DNA of 64,000 nt from Octopus vulgaris (taxonomy: Eukaryota): assembly GCA_951406725.2 (NCBI GenBank), contig OX597817.1, positions 127,658,001-127,722,000 of the forward strand, given 5' to 3'. Shown piece after piece: positions 39,581-53,600 of the stretch (its first letter is position 1; every line of letters begins with the position of its first letter). Below the pieces are notes generated by a model. It ran no database searches, was not told where the DNA came from, and saw nothing but the letters and a program-made list of their open reading frames with translations. The translations under genes were made by a program, and so were the position numbers.

Positions 39581-41365
39581 CACAACTGTATACATATATT
39601 CATACATATATAAATACATATATGCAATCGTCTGATTTATAATTATTCGAACACATCTTCAGGTTCCATTTCAAAATATTATATATCTAATTTTACATCC
39701 CTTTAAAAATAAGCAATACAATTAAGCATTAAAGTTTTAAAATTAAGAATTAAAATTAAGAATAAAAATTATACTTTGTAATTTTAAGAATTAAAATTTA
39801 TAAATTATACATTATATATATGAATTAGTATATATATCAATCATGTAAAATAAAGTTTATGTCAAATACAGAATGTGAGATATAAGATTAAACATCAGAA
39901 TAAAAATGTATTTGTTAACTGTGATATATAACAAGGAAAATTCAAATACATCCTCCTTTTTTTTTGCTGTTACTAAAATGGTGATTTGAGGAAGAAGATA
40001 GCAGGGAATTATGGGTACTTATAGGTGAATAGTGCCAAGGGGGTAACTACACTATACATAGTTTTAATTTTAAATTATCCTCTATTATTATTTTCAAATT
40101 TACCTATATTGGTAGGTATATATAATTTGTTATTATATAATTTTAGTAATATTTAATTCATATATTTTTTAAATTATTGTATTAATTTTTATATATTCAT
40201 TTATATAGTCTATTCAAGTACTTTAGAAATAAATTTATGTGGTTATTTAATTCAGGTGTTGGGATAGAGTACTTCATTTTACTAAATGTAAAATTACTTT
40301 GGTGTCTACATTTAACTCTTCGTTCATCCTATGTGTTTTATTAATTCATCTCTAGACTGTAGTTGTTTCATAAATTCAGTTATGCATAATAAATTCATTT
40401 TATTCCCAATATTATAGGAGTGGGCTCTACCTATAATACTCCAATTAAGGGTATACTATCTTTTTCTAGATTTTAATTCCCCTATATATTTACTTAAGCC
40501 TGTAGACCTATTTAAATTGAGATTTTTAAATGTTTGGTAGTGTTGGGATATTCTTTTTTCAATTTCATTAGCTGTTGATCCAATAGAAGCCTTATATATA
40601 ATTTTATTATTGTTGTCCTTATAGCTAACTATACATTTATAAAAATCCATTATCGCTATTACAATTATTAGAGAGCTTCCATTTAGTCTTATCACGACAT
40701 GAATATTTTTCTATATGTTGATTAAGACTTCTATCACTATCGGTTATATTATGGTTAGTGATATTATTTAGTATGCTATTATAATAATTATTTAATTTCT
40801 CATTATTTATAGAGGAAATGATATTGCCTACATTTCTCGATATTGAGAATCGCACTCTTATGGTTTTATTAGAAAATATAGTTGAATAAATATTGTCCTT
40901 TCTGAAACAAGCATTTTTACTATTTTGAGTGTCTCCGTGATAATATTAGTTATAACTTGATCCCCATACGGAATAATTAACTATATAATATCCTTTTTAT
41001 TCTTTATAATTTTTATATTATCATTACTAGTAGACATCAGACATCATCGGTATTAAATTTTTATTCTTAGGCATATTATATCCCTTTATGTATACTTTAC
41101 TGTTTCTTACTATTGCTCATATTCGCATTATCATTATTACTATTATTATTGTAATCATTATTAACATCTATATCATTTTTATTTTTATTTAGTTTGTTAT
41201 AGTGTCTTTTATTATTATTATTCATATTTTTACTGTTAGATTTTTTAGTTTTATTAGGAATACTTGTTATATTATTAATATTATTAATTTGTTCATAATA
41301 ATTAAAGAATTTTATATCAGAGTTGTATCCTGCTTCTTTTAATGCTTTATTATAATACGGGGCAT

Positions 41366-41368
<3 letters not shown>
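39143..41368 (-). pseudogene. Decayed, 5'-truncated Naiad-like PLE related to the intact element
   Basis: Frameshifted remnants KHAPYYNKALKEAGYN, IPYGDQV, RNVGNIISSIN, SCRDK, IGST..RISQH..TFKN..STGLSKYI, KCRH; (TA)n on both sides. Confidence 0.85.
39504..39667 (-). ncRNA. Type I hammerhead whose stem II loop contains a (TA)n tract
   Basis: ggaac-CTGAAGA-tgtgtt...aatact-GAAA-cgtg-TA-gttcc on the minus strand. Confidence 0.65.
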
Positions 41369-41408
<40 letters not shown>

Positions 41409-41411
41409 TTA

Positions 41412-41700
41412 TAATGCCAAATATGCCGAAAAATTGGACATATTGTCCATTAACATATAATTTTTCACAATATGCACGTTACTCGAAGCTGTTCGTTCGA
41501 GTAGCGTGCATATTGTGATATTGAAAAATTATATGGAAATGGACAATATGTCCAATTTTTCGGCATATTTGGCATTAGAAATTTTCTCGTTTTCCCTTAT
41601 TTATAAGTTGTTTATAATTTTAACCTTTAAAGGTATTTTTTGATATGCTGGCCATTGATAAAATTTTTTTTCGAAAAAATTTTTATCCTACATTAAATAT
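41412..41700. repeat. Hairpin (~80 bp arms) plus tail in (TA)n
   Basis: taatgccaaatatgccgaaaaattggacatattgtcc is inverted, ending at 41577; the right arm and tail resemble 49015-49110. Confidence 0.8.
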
Positions 41701-41740
41701 ATTTATATGTATATATATATTTGTACACATATACATATAC

Positions 41741-41800
<60 letters not shown>

Positions 41801-41805
41801 CACAC

Positions 41806-41992
41806 ACTAGGAATGACATACTAGGAAGATAAAAACTGCCAATGTAGCACAAATATGTTGATTACACACATGTTCCTCCATGTGCTGGTGAAAGTAGGAT
41901 TTCACACGCACTATCATATATATATATGTAATCAACATATTTGTGCTACACTGGCACAGTTTTCATCTTCCTAGTATGTCATAACCAGTGAA
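41806..41992. repeat. Inverted repeat (~60 bp arms)
   Basis: atgacatactaggaagat...gtagcacaaatatgttgattaca versus tgtaatcaacatatttgtgctac...atcttcctagtatgtcat. Confidence 0.75.
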
Positions 41993-42420
41993 ACACATAA
42001 TTTTACAACCTGTAAATTTACCTAGCTATTAATTATCTGGCAATGTACAGTATTCACTGACACAAATCAGTGTGGTAATTAATATAACTGGAAATTTGAA
42101 ATTAACAAATTTCATTTGTTTGAATATTTCAAATGAAAATATATCTGATGTTCACATACACAGAAACGCACATAGGCACTTCCATATACAAGCATATTCA
42201 CGCATATGTAAATATGTAAACGTACATACCAACATACAAACATACACACACGCACACACATATATATATATAGATAGATAGATGGATGTTAGGATATATA
42301 CATAAGTATATATACACCACATATAGATGTATATACAGGCATATATGCCTGTCTAAATATATCTATATAAATATACAATTACATGTGAATATTTATAAGT
42401 GTATATGTGTGTGTGTCTAA

Positions 42421-42522
<102 letters not shown>

Positions 42523-42759
42523 GCCTTGTCTGAAGATATTATGCAGATCGTTTTTTTTCAATAAAATGAATGTACATGTACATAGGAAGCTGAAATTTCT
42601 TAATTGTAGCTAAAATTTGACATACATCTGATTTGGTTTTCGTGAGTAATTGAGAATTTATTGAAATTGGCTGCCTGAAGTTATTATGCAAATGTTGGTA
42701 TTTATATTTTTACATTGTTTATAATACGTTTTTCTTATTTTGCAGGTTATAATATAATC

Positions 42760-43729
42760 ATGAGTAAAAAGAAAGATATTACAGCATCTGAAAAGCAGAA
42801 AATAACTAAGCTTTTAAGTGATGGCATGACCTCTTTGAACATTTTGAAGCTACTTGGCCGAGATCATCGAACAATCAAGAAAACAACTGAAGATATAGCA
42901 AAGAACAGGAAACCAAGGTCTGGAAAGGGTTCCAAGAACTTGTCCACGACAGATAAACGTGAGCTGAAATGCATTGCCGCTAAAAACCCACTACTCAGTT
43001 GTGATAAGACATTGGGATTGTTGGTGTAAAGAGAGATAAAAGGAGTTGAGTCCTTCGCGACATTGGTTCTGTGAAAAAATCTCCTCGCCAGCCTCCTATA
43101 TCTCCAACTAATATTGAGAAACGTGTAAAGTGGGCAAGAAAGTACTTAAAAACAGGATTCAGAAACGTCATGTTCGCTGACGAATTGCGCATCACATTAG
43201 ATGGGTCCTGTCAGGCCGAGATGCTCCTATGACGAGAGGACGGCAACAAGAAGGTGGCGGTGTAATAATATGTGTTGGCATTGTTAATAGAACCATCATT
43301 GGACCATTTAAAGTTGACGATTGTGTAAAACTGAACAGTTCTAATTATTGTGAATTCTTGGATCAATCTTTTTTTGAGTGGTACAAGCGTCAGCCTCACA
43401 GTTTCAAGATAAAGTATATGTTTATGCTTGACAATGCTCCATCACATGCTTCTCGCCTAACTCGTTAGTTTCTTGAGCGCAAACGATTTGCTGAAGACAA
43501 AAGAATGGAGAGGCCACCGTCCATCCCTGACTTGAATCCAATAGAAAATCTATGGTCAATCGTCAAACAGAAACTCTATGAAGGAGGCAAACCGTACAAC
43601 AGTAAGGTAGAACTGTGGGATGCTATTACAGCTGCAGTTTCGCCAGATCAAATTGGAAACTTGACAAATTTGATGGAAAACAGATTAGTAACGTTGATTG
43701 AAAAGAAAGGTTGTTATATCAACATGTAA
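42760..43729 (+). pseudogene. Tc1-like DD37E (TRT-type) transposase pseudogene; element starts at ~42519 after (TA)n
   Basis: N-terminal HTH region, VMFADE, FMLDNAPSH, then 37 residues (read through one in-frame stop) to the E of PDLNPIENLW. Confidence 0.85.
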
Positions 43730-44596
43730 ATTGTTTCAACTATTTATTAAAACATTGTTCTTTGAATTTGTAAAAAGTTTATAATGGGCTCATATATTTT
43801 CAAAATTGTCCTGATATACAGAGCAAATGAGACTTCCGACATTTGCATAGGGGACGTAACATATATTACGTCAGTTTCCGATCGGTTACCAAAATGCTGC
43901 CCATGACTGAATGCGAGAATAATGTTCTTCCTCTTCATAAGCTTTCCATAAGCTTCATAAGCTTCATTCGAGTTTTAAAAAATCAAGAGCATACAGTATA
44001 AAGAAAAGGAAAGAAAACATGGCGTTGACAAAAAGTCTAGAAGCCCAATGGTGTTAATATCTGGGTAAAAGTGTGTGTAGAGTGTGTGCAGGTGTAAGTG
44101 TGTTTGTTGTGGGTTCGTGTTAGGGGGATGTGTTTAGAAGTGGTCTAAACAACTCTGGAGCCTCTTTTTTTCACATATAAGAGACAGCAAACCCAACATA
44201 AAGTCAGATAAGAGAAAAAAATCAATCAGAAAGGAACTCTATCTTACTCAAAATATCTTTTGATAAGCATAACAAATGCGCAACCGGTAAACTCTTACTT
44301 TTTTTATTCTACACATTGAACTTTTCCACATTGAACTTTTCCACAAAAAACTGTATATTACACGCTTTTACTAAATATCTTATTCTGAAACAGAACACTG
44401 TAAAAGACTCTTACTTTTTTCTTATACACTGAAATCATTCACAAAAAATGAACATTGTATTCTAACCCAATTTTTCTCTTTTTTGTTTAAAAAAAGAACT
44501 TTCACCTAATTAAATACACTCTCCCTTACTTAAATTATTTTGTCAGCATTTACTTCATTTCCTTTTTTTATATATCACAACTCGTGTTCCACATCT

Positions 44597-44880
<284 letters not shown>

Positions 44881-44899
44881 TTTATATATATAATATATT

Positions 44900-45040
44900 A
44901 ATTTCGAATTCCACCGCGGTCGGCTTTGCCGTCCTTCTTTTCGAAATCGATAAATTAAGTACCAGTCGCGTACTGGGATCGATCTAATTGATTGCCTCTT
45001 CCCCCAAAATTTCGGGCCATGTGCCAAGAGTAGAAAAGAA
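44900..45040 (+). mobile_element. Partial SINE copy
   Basis: aattccaccgcggtcggctttgcc...gggccatgtgccaagagtagaaaag. Confidence 0.7.
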
Positions 45041-45726
45041 CATCATCCACAATATCCTCCCTCTTTTAAAGATTGGCTGTTTTGTTAGGGAGGTTTGGTT
45101 GCTATTTCTAATAGGTCGAGTTACCAAGTTGAGGCCTCTTTCTGTTATCTTAATATGAAAACGAAATTGTCCACTGGATAATAATATATCTAAAAAAAAA
45201 GAGAAAAAATACAAAATGTTTACAACTGTAGTACTTTTGATAATAGGCATTTGACCGTTACGTTAAGACAGAGCCATGGCTAAACAATAACATCAAAACG
45301 ATAAAAGAGAAAAATGAAAAATTAACGGTTGATGCTGACGAAAGCACAAATATACGTCGATGGACTAAACGCGGTAGCTACCAGTTTTATTGGTAAGATG
45401 TGCAGACTGGTTATATAACTTTTTTTTTATATTTCTAGGCAAAATATTTGATGGCATGTTGATAAAGAAATGACCGTCTTTATCACTTGTGCAGAGCAGT
45501 GGCCATTAAAATGCTAAGCGATATTAAATACTGTTATGATACATTATCAACGTTGATATGGCTTTGAACTGATTAAAATCGTCAACGTATGTTTATTCTT
45601 GCTCTCAAGGTTTTTTTATTATCCACAAGCTAGTAAGTTATTTATTTAGCAAGAGCTTGATGGAGTTATTGAAACAGGGAATCAACATTAACTACACATA
45701 GCATGATGAGAAAGACAGTAGTAGTT

Positions 45727-45760
<34 letters not shown>

Positions 45761-46821
45761 GAGGAGGAGGAGGATGAGGAGGAGGAGGAGGAGCGGGAGA
45801 GGCAGCGGCAGCGGCAGCAGCAGTGGCGACAATTGTGGTGCCTTATACAAACATATGGAAAGCTACCCACAGTTTATTCTTGCCATTATATATATACATA
45901 AATGCACGTACATGAATGTACAACACTATGCATATGTGTGTGTGTGTGTGTGTGTGAGTGTATGTGTGTGAGTGTTCGTGTGTTTGTGTGTTAGTGCGTG
46001 CGGAAGTGTGGGGTGTAAGGGTGCGGAGGTGTTTCTTCTTTCGGAGTTAATGTTTCATGCGATTGATATACTGACTATCTTGATTTATGTGGGAGGTTTT
46101 TCAGAGTATTTCAAAATGAAAGGATACATTTTGTGGGTATTCGACGAGCTAACGAAATATTCTGAAGGGAAGTGGCGGGTCCCACTGCATTCGAGCGAAT
46201 AATTAAACTTTCCAATATTCATTTACTATTTCTCGGGTTTGTGTTTGAGTGTGCTTGTGTGCATGTGTATACATGTGTATGTGTGTGTGCATATATAATA
46301 TATAAATAATATATATATCATATATAATATATTATATATATTATATATATATATCATATATATATAATATATATATACATACATATATAATATATATATA
46401 TATTTGTGGGGGGGTATAGATATATACATGTGTGTGTGTGTGTGTGTGTATAATGGAGAAATTGTACAAAATGCATAAATGGATGATGAGTAAAACACTG
46501 GCACAGTTTCAATTGCTCGAAGACTAACCACACGTTTGAAACTCAGAGTACCAAAGAGTCTGAATCAAATAGTTTTGATCTATCTTTACAGATACACACA
46601 CACACACACACCCACACACGCACACACCTACACGCACATACACTCACACACAATTACACACACATTCATATATATATATATATATATACACATATTAGAG
46701 TGTGTGAAATCGATGTATATAATACAATTTTACTGAAACTTCAGCTTTTTTATATACTAGACCACTGGTATGAAATCGATGTTAATTAAATTAATATCTA
46801 ATTTCTTACCCTCATTTAAAA

Positions 46822-46880
<59 letters not shown>

Positions 46881-46892
46881 ACACGCACACAC

Positions 46893-47373
46893 ACGAAGAG
46901 GACTCAAAAATCCCTGGCATTGAGTGAAAACAAAAACATCAACATCTACACAGGAAAATTTGCAAACCATCTAACTTTCCCGTGTAGATGTAGAGACTCA
47001 AAGCCAGTGGATTCATATAAAGCTAGAAAAGTTAGCGGAAAGGGCTGAGAGGATCCCTTACAACCGTTGGAAAAAAACATCAACTAAATAAAGAAATCAA
47101 AGAGATGTTATCTTAATTACTTAGGAAAATAACCACAGATAATTATAGAAAGAGAATCCAACAAGATCTAGAAAGGTTGTACATAAAGAATTTGAAATGG
47201 TGAAGACATGCCAGATCAGTCCATCATGATTTTATTTAACATATTCATCTCCCAGATTCACACAGTTATTGCAACGTTCACACATTTATAGCAGCGTTCC
47301 TTCAGAAGTTTTTGCGTCCAGCTAGATCGTTCGTGATACCTTTAAAGTGAGGAACATTTAGGTACCACCCCGT
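46893..47373. mobile_element. Decayed mariner-like MITE
   Basis: Ends cacgaagaggactcaaaaatccct / aggaacatttaggtaccaccccgtg are weakly inverted; microsatellite flanks. Confidence 0.35.
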
Positions 47374-47388
47374 GTGTGTGTGTGTGTA

Positions 47389-47451
<63 letters not shown>

Positions 47452-47454
47452 TTA

Positions 47455-47552
47455 CATTATTTCATTTGACGGATATTTCTCCTTATTTTGTTTGTTGTTA
47501 ACACAATGTTTCCGCTTATATACTCTCCAGCCTTCATCAGCCTTGGGAAAAT
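47455..47552 (-). mobile_element. PLE 3'-end remnant with a degenerate hammerhead core
   Basis: Minus strand CTGATGA-aggct...agcg-GAAAC; cleavage triplet and stem I are not intact. Confidence 0.4.
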
Positions 47553-47563
47553 TTCTTCTTCTT

Positions 47564-47647
<84 letters not shown>

Positions 47648-47677
47648 GTTATTATTATTATTATTATTCAAGTCACA

Positions 47678-47734
47678 GCATAGAATCGAACTCGGAATCT
47701 TGGGGTTGGTAGCCCGCGCTCTTAACCACTACGC
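47678..47734 (-). mobile_element. tRNA-like SINE head
   Basis: gcgtagtggttaagagcg..gagttcgattc (A and B boxes); no complete acceptor stem. Confidence 0.65.
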
Positions 47735-47739
47735 AATAT

Positions 47740-48400
47740 TTTCTATCCTTCCTTAATACGGGTTCGCATATGCTATTCATATTTGCACTCGGTCTGCTTA
47801 GGATGTTGTTGTGTCCTAGCATATGTCCTGCTTCTTTTACTTTTCGTATTTTTCAGTGGTGTTCTCTGTCTATTATTTTAACTTCATCCCACAGGGAGAG
47901 GTGGTCTCCATTTTTCCATACTTGATCAGCTTTACCCGATTTATCAATATCTCCTCGTATCACAGCTTTGCGATGTCCCTCTACCTTTATTTTGAGGGGA
48001 CGGTTTGTTTCGCCTTTGTATAACCTACCACAGCTGGATGGGATGGAGTACACGCAGTTTTTGGCCATATTCTCTTCTATTGGTGGCTTTACTCAAAGGA
48101 GATATTTGCGAAGTGTTTTACTCTTGAATACTGTCCTGATGTCATATGGGCCGCATATCTTTTGTAACTTTTCGGAGAGGCCTTTCACACAAGATAGAGA
48201 GACTGTGGATAGTTCATTGGTTTCATCCTCTCTTAATCGATTTGTTACTTAATAGATTGTTACTGAGCTTGATCATTTCTCCGTGGTGGGTATCGCGATC
48301 ACTACTTTTATTCTTTACTCGAAGTTGTAGGCACTGAGCAATTCCTCTCTTTACTCTATATGGATGGTGGAATTTGAAGTTGAGGAATCATCCTGTGATA
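47740..48400 (-). pseudogene. Decayed PLE fragment with a Poseidon-like GIY-YIG domain
   Basis: KNCVYSIPSSCGRLYKGETNRPLKIKVEGH..SG.ADQVW..WDEVKII; a short inverted piece of the same sequence lies at ~48395-48452. Confidence 0.75.
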
Positions 48401-48674
48401 AATCGGGTATAGCTGATCATGTATGGAAAATGGAGATGAAGTTAAAATAATATCGTCTCCAGTTGGCTATACGTCGCATATCTGTGTCCTTATATTTTCG
48501 AACAGCGGAGTTTAGCACCTCCACTCAGCACAGAGCAATATCTGTGGACCACGGTTTCTGGTTTCTTTCTCTTCCTCAGCACAAAATAACTGCCCAGCTG
48601 AAATGACGCTGCTAAGCACCGTTCGAAAATGTATAGTTTTCAACGTGATACACAATGACTGATGTACTAAATAG

Positions 48675-49107
48675 ATACTACATATAAGTATATATATACT
48701 ACATATAAGTACCCCAGAGTACTTATATGTACTCATGATTTTTGCTTCAGCTTTTTTTCCATGGGCACATGTAAGTATTTCATTTATTCATCTGGGGTAC
48801 TTATATGTACCCCTGATTTTTGCTTCGGCTTTATTTCCATGGGCACATGTAATTATTTCATTTATTTCTATTCGTATTTTCTACTGAAGAGGATAAAATC
48901 TATTATGATATTAATTCCGAAATTAATTCAATATAGAAATAACGAACTTTTTAAAAAAATTCTGTTGGCTAGCTTTCTTCAATTTCAACACAACGTATTT
49001 CTGTATTGGGTATAATAATATGTGGAAATTGACGACTTAAAAGTCCGTTATCAGCATATTGGCATAGAAATAGTTTTCTTTTGCCCTTGTATATAAGTTG
49101 TTTATAT

Positions 49108-49112
<5 letters not shown>
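48675..49112 (+). mobile_element. PLE 3' fragment with junction hairpin, 78-bp duplication and an HHR-like motif
   Basis: tacatataagtac/gtacttatatgta hairpin; gtacttatatgtac...tttcatttatt duplicated; CTGAAGA-gga..tcc-GAAA-ttaat-TC at 48884-48929; ends in (TA)n. Confidence 0.5.
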
Positions 49113-49196
<84 letters not shown>

Positions 49197-49249
49197 ATTA
49201 TATAATTTATATTAAAAAATATATAAAAATATCGATATTATCCTCATAT

Positions 49250-49359
<110 letters not shown>

Positions 49360-49369
49360 TGTATGTATT

Positions 49370-49789
49370 CTTTTATACTTATACTTGTTTCAGTCATTTG
49401 ACAGCGGTCATGCTGGAGCACAGCCTTAAACGGTTTTAGTTGAAGAATTCGACCACAGGATTTATTATTTGCTTGGCCAGTGCTTATTTTACCTGTCTCC
49501 CTTGTCGAAACGCTAATTTACGGGCACGTAAACAGATCAGCATCGGTTGTCAAGCGATGATGGGGTGACAAACACAGACCCATACTCTCAAGTACACACA
49601 CAGACGCACACACACATATGTATAAATAATAGATCTCTTTCAGTTTCCGACTACTAAATACACTCACAAGGTCTTAGTCGGTCCGAGACTATAACAGACG
49701 ACACTTCCCCAATGTGCCACGCAGTGGATCTGAACCCGAAACCATGTGGTTAAGAAGCAAGCTTCTTAGAACGCAGCCACGCCTGCGCC
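49370..49789 (-). mobile_element. Full-length second-family SINE with an internal (CA)n tract
   Basis: Minus-strand head ggcgcaggcgtggctg..ggttcagatcc (A/B boxes); tail fragments also at ~21885-21935 and ~63320-63450. Confidence 0.75.
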
Positions 49790-50554
49790 TATATATACAA
49801 CATATGTGGGAAATTCTGTCTGTGGGTGTGTTTGTGGAGTCGTTAGCTAATTCCTCCTACATCGTTTTATCGATTATGTTGAAACTTGACACATGAATAG
49901 AACTCATGTCTGGAAACGACATGGCATACTCAAATTGTTGACAAATTTGATAATAGGGCCCTTGAAAGGGATCCTTATATATAGCCAAGGGAAATAACCT
50001 ATTCATTTAAATAAACTATTTGGTAAAAATGAAATTGAGTATGCTTATTTCTTAGTATTTGAACTGCTAGAGTTATTTTAACTATTTACCCAGTACAACC
50101 CTTAAACAAATAAATAGTATTTTCCTAAACAATAGATCCACTTATTTCAGTTAGTGACTTATTCACGAATATACCAACACTAGCGCCCCTGAAGGTAATA
50201 ATCTCTGGGAACGCACAAAAGCCCTTTTCAGAGTTATTTACTTTGAATTGTTATTATCTCATATCTGATTAGCCTGTTATTACCTAACATGTTTCACGAT
50301 TTTAAAATACATATCTTATTAGTATTGCCTCCTATGTTTTATATAGTCTGGGAACGCATTAAAGCCCTTTTCGGGTCTGCTTTATTTGAATTCTTACTAT
50401 CGGGTAACTAATTTCAGCATTCTCTGTAAATGCACAAAAAGCGTTTTAAAGGCTACATATTTTGTATTGTTGTTATTGGATTAGAGAAACAATTATGAGA
50501 ACGGAACCAAAGGATAAGCTCAGCTTTCCCGGAAAATACCGGGTACGTCAGCTA

Positions 50555-50555
<1 letters not shown>
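49789..50555 (+). mobile_element. Non-autonomous Helitron-like element
   Basis: 3' hairpin cccgg(aaaata)ccggg, 8 nt, then CTAG|T; 5' ctatatata..ctgtctgt; internal repeats ctgggaacgca..aaagcccttttc. Confidence 0.65.
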
Positions 50556-50612
<57 letters not shown>

Positions 50613-50632
50613 ATGTGTGTATATATGTGCAA

Positions 50633-53600
50633 ATACGGACAAATATACACATACATCCCCTAAAAATGGGCTTAATCCCATTTACACCAATCATATGTAT
50701 ACAATTATACACACTAGAATAATACATAACTAACCCAAATATATAGAACATATTAAAAATCACCAAAAAACAACCATCACAAATGAAACCTATACCCATA
50801 CAATGACAAAACTCCCCCCTCCATACCCAATTTACATCCACATAGCAATCCCAATATATTCATCCATACATGGACGCACGTGCGTGAAGCACATGCACAC
50901 AATAAATACGTACAACCCCCCAATACACACTCATATACATACGTATTAAGCTCGACATCCACAGCAATACGCATACACCCACTCACACCCAGATGGGTAA
51001 ATTGCACAACCAGGGAACGCACACACACGTGTGCGTATTTTGATTGTGCAACTCGCCCATATGCATGTATGCGGGCGCGATTACATTGTTGCACATATCG
51101 AGCCCAACTAGCATGCATATGTACATGTGAGGGGGTACACGTACATGCCGGGCGCGTGTACCCCCTGCATTTATACCCGTGCGTGAATATACACATGGAG
51201 ACTACCACACAGGTACAAATGTGTATAGTAATGGGAGCCCCATCACTACACTTAATTTATACTCTCACCCATCCGCACGGATGTGAAAGTGAATCTCCGG
51301 TGTATATGTTGAGGCTTATATGTAGCGCTGTGGAGGTGAATGTCGTTGAAATTGTGAATGAATGGGTGGAGTTGGGAATTGTAACCGGGTGGTGGGCTAG
51401 CGTTGCTTGGAATTGGGAATGGAATAATGTAGTAGTAAGGCAGGCATCGAGAATAGATTTGGGTTACTGCAAGTTGTTTGTTAGAGCTGCTAAGATGAGC
51501 TAAAGCTCATAAATGTATATAATAATTTATTATTATGGTAGTTTTATTAAAGAATCCATTCATAATAAAATTTTTTTAAGTAGTGATGGTTTGCCACGTG
51601 GATATAGTTTTTAGTTCCATTTATTCTATTTCTCCATTCATAATTTTAAATGACGTTTACTTTCCATGGCGCGTATTCTTTTTTTACATAAGTTATATTT
51701 CTATGGTAACGTAATTTTGGTTTGATTTTTTTAACGGCTAAGAATTTAATTTCACTTTATAATTTGAAACTGACTTGTAAGTATGTATTTTATTTCTCCT
51801 TATGTCATATTGTTATTTTTGATATTCTGGTTAATTACGATGTATTTAATGTTGTTTTTTTATTGGAGTGTTTATGTATATGAGATTGTGTGTGACTTTT
51901 TAGTTGTATAATTTATTTATCTGTATGAGTGTGGGTGTGTAAATATTGTTGTATATATCGAGTTTAGTGAGTATGTATATGCGTATATTGAGGGAGTATA
52001 TGTATCTGTTGTGTGTGTGTGTTTTGCGTGTGTGTGTGTTTGTGTGTGAATGTGTATATGGGTTTGTTATTTAGGTTTTGGGATGTATGTGTTAATTTGT
52101 CTGTGTGGGGAGGGAGTGGGTTTTTGGTGTATATTGAGGTTTATAAGTTAGTATAGGTATGTGTATAAGTTGTGGGTCTGTGGTTTACGTGTGTGTTTTT
52201 TTTGTGTGTGAATGTTTAGGTTAGGGGGATTGCTATATAGGTTTGTTATAGAGTTTAGCAAAGGGAGTTTTTATCGTTATATGTTTTTAAGAGTTTTGGT
52301 TTATCATGGTTTTTTTTAGGGAATTCGTGGTAATTTGTCTATTTTCGATGTTGGTTGTTTTATTACATTGTTTCATTCATAATTTTTGAGTGGTGTTCGT
52401 TTTGCCACGTGAATATTATTTTTAATTCCATTTATTCCATTTCTCCATTCATTATTTTAGGGATGTTCGTTTCCAGAGCGGTTATATATTTTTTATACAT
52501 ATGTTAAGTTCCTTGGTATAGTAATTTTGTTTGGTGTATATGTTGAGGCTTATATATACTTGTGGGCGTGTGTGAGTGGGGTGGGTGTTTGTATTTGTTA
52601 TGGGTGTGTGGTTTACGTGTGTGTATTTGTGTGTGAATGTATAGGTTAAAGGGATTGCTATATAAGTATGTTATAGTGTTTAGTAAAGGGAGGTTTTATC
52701 ATTTATGTTTTGTGAGTTTTAGCTTATCATGGTAGTTTTATAAAAGATTCATTCATAATTTTTGTGTTTTACGTATGTTATTCTGTGTGGGGTTGAGTGG
52801 GATTTTGGAGTATATGTTGAGGTTTTTGAGTTATATGTATGTATAGGTATGTGTAAGTGGTGTGGGTATTTGTATATGTCGTGGGTGTGTGGTTTATGTG
52901 TGTGTATTTGTGTGTGAATGTTTAGGTTAGGGGGATTGCTATATAGGTATGTTATAGAGTTTAGTAAAGGGAGATTTTATCATTATATGTTTTTATGAGT
53001 TTTGGTTTATCATGGTAGGTTTGTTAAGGAATTCGTAGTAATTTGTGTCTATTTGCGATGTCTGTTGTTTTATTGCATTGTTTCATTCATAATTTTTAAG
53101 TAGTGTTCGTTTTACCAAGTGAATATAATTTTTAATTCCATTTATTCCATTTCTCCGTTCATAATTTTAAGTGATGTCCGTTTTCTAGAGCGTGAATGTG
53201 GGTTGTATGTGTGTGTGTGTGGGAGTATGAATAAGTATTGTGTTGAAGTATTTAGCTATTTTATTTATTTATAGTTGCCTAGACGTTTTTATGTGTATGT
53301 ATAGGGATATATATATAGGTGTGTGATTTAGTGTATGTAGTTAGATATGGTTATATATAATTAGGTATATGTGTATGGGTGTATATATAGTTTATTATTA
53401 TATTATTATTATTTTTTTGTTTTGTTTTATATTTTATATTTTATATTTTATATTTTATATTTAATTGTTGATAGGTTTATTTTAGTTTATATATTGTTTA
53501 TATATTGATTATATATGGATTATATATAGGTTATATATGGATTATATATTTATATTTTTTCATTCATACTTTAATTATTTTAAAATTATTATTTTTATAT

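Noticed and set aside
47678-47734. Functional tRNA gene
   Set aside because: A and B boxes only, with no complete acceptor stem; best read as a SINE head.
50880-51503. 207-aa ORF in the pLTR as an accessory gene
   Set aside because: It is frameshifted in the second pLTR, derives from CA/GT-rich repeat sequence and has no recognisable motif.
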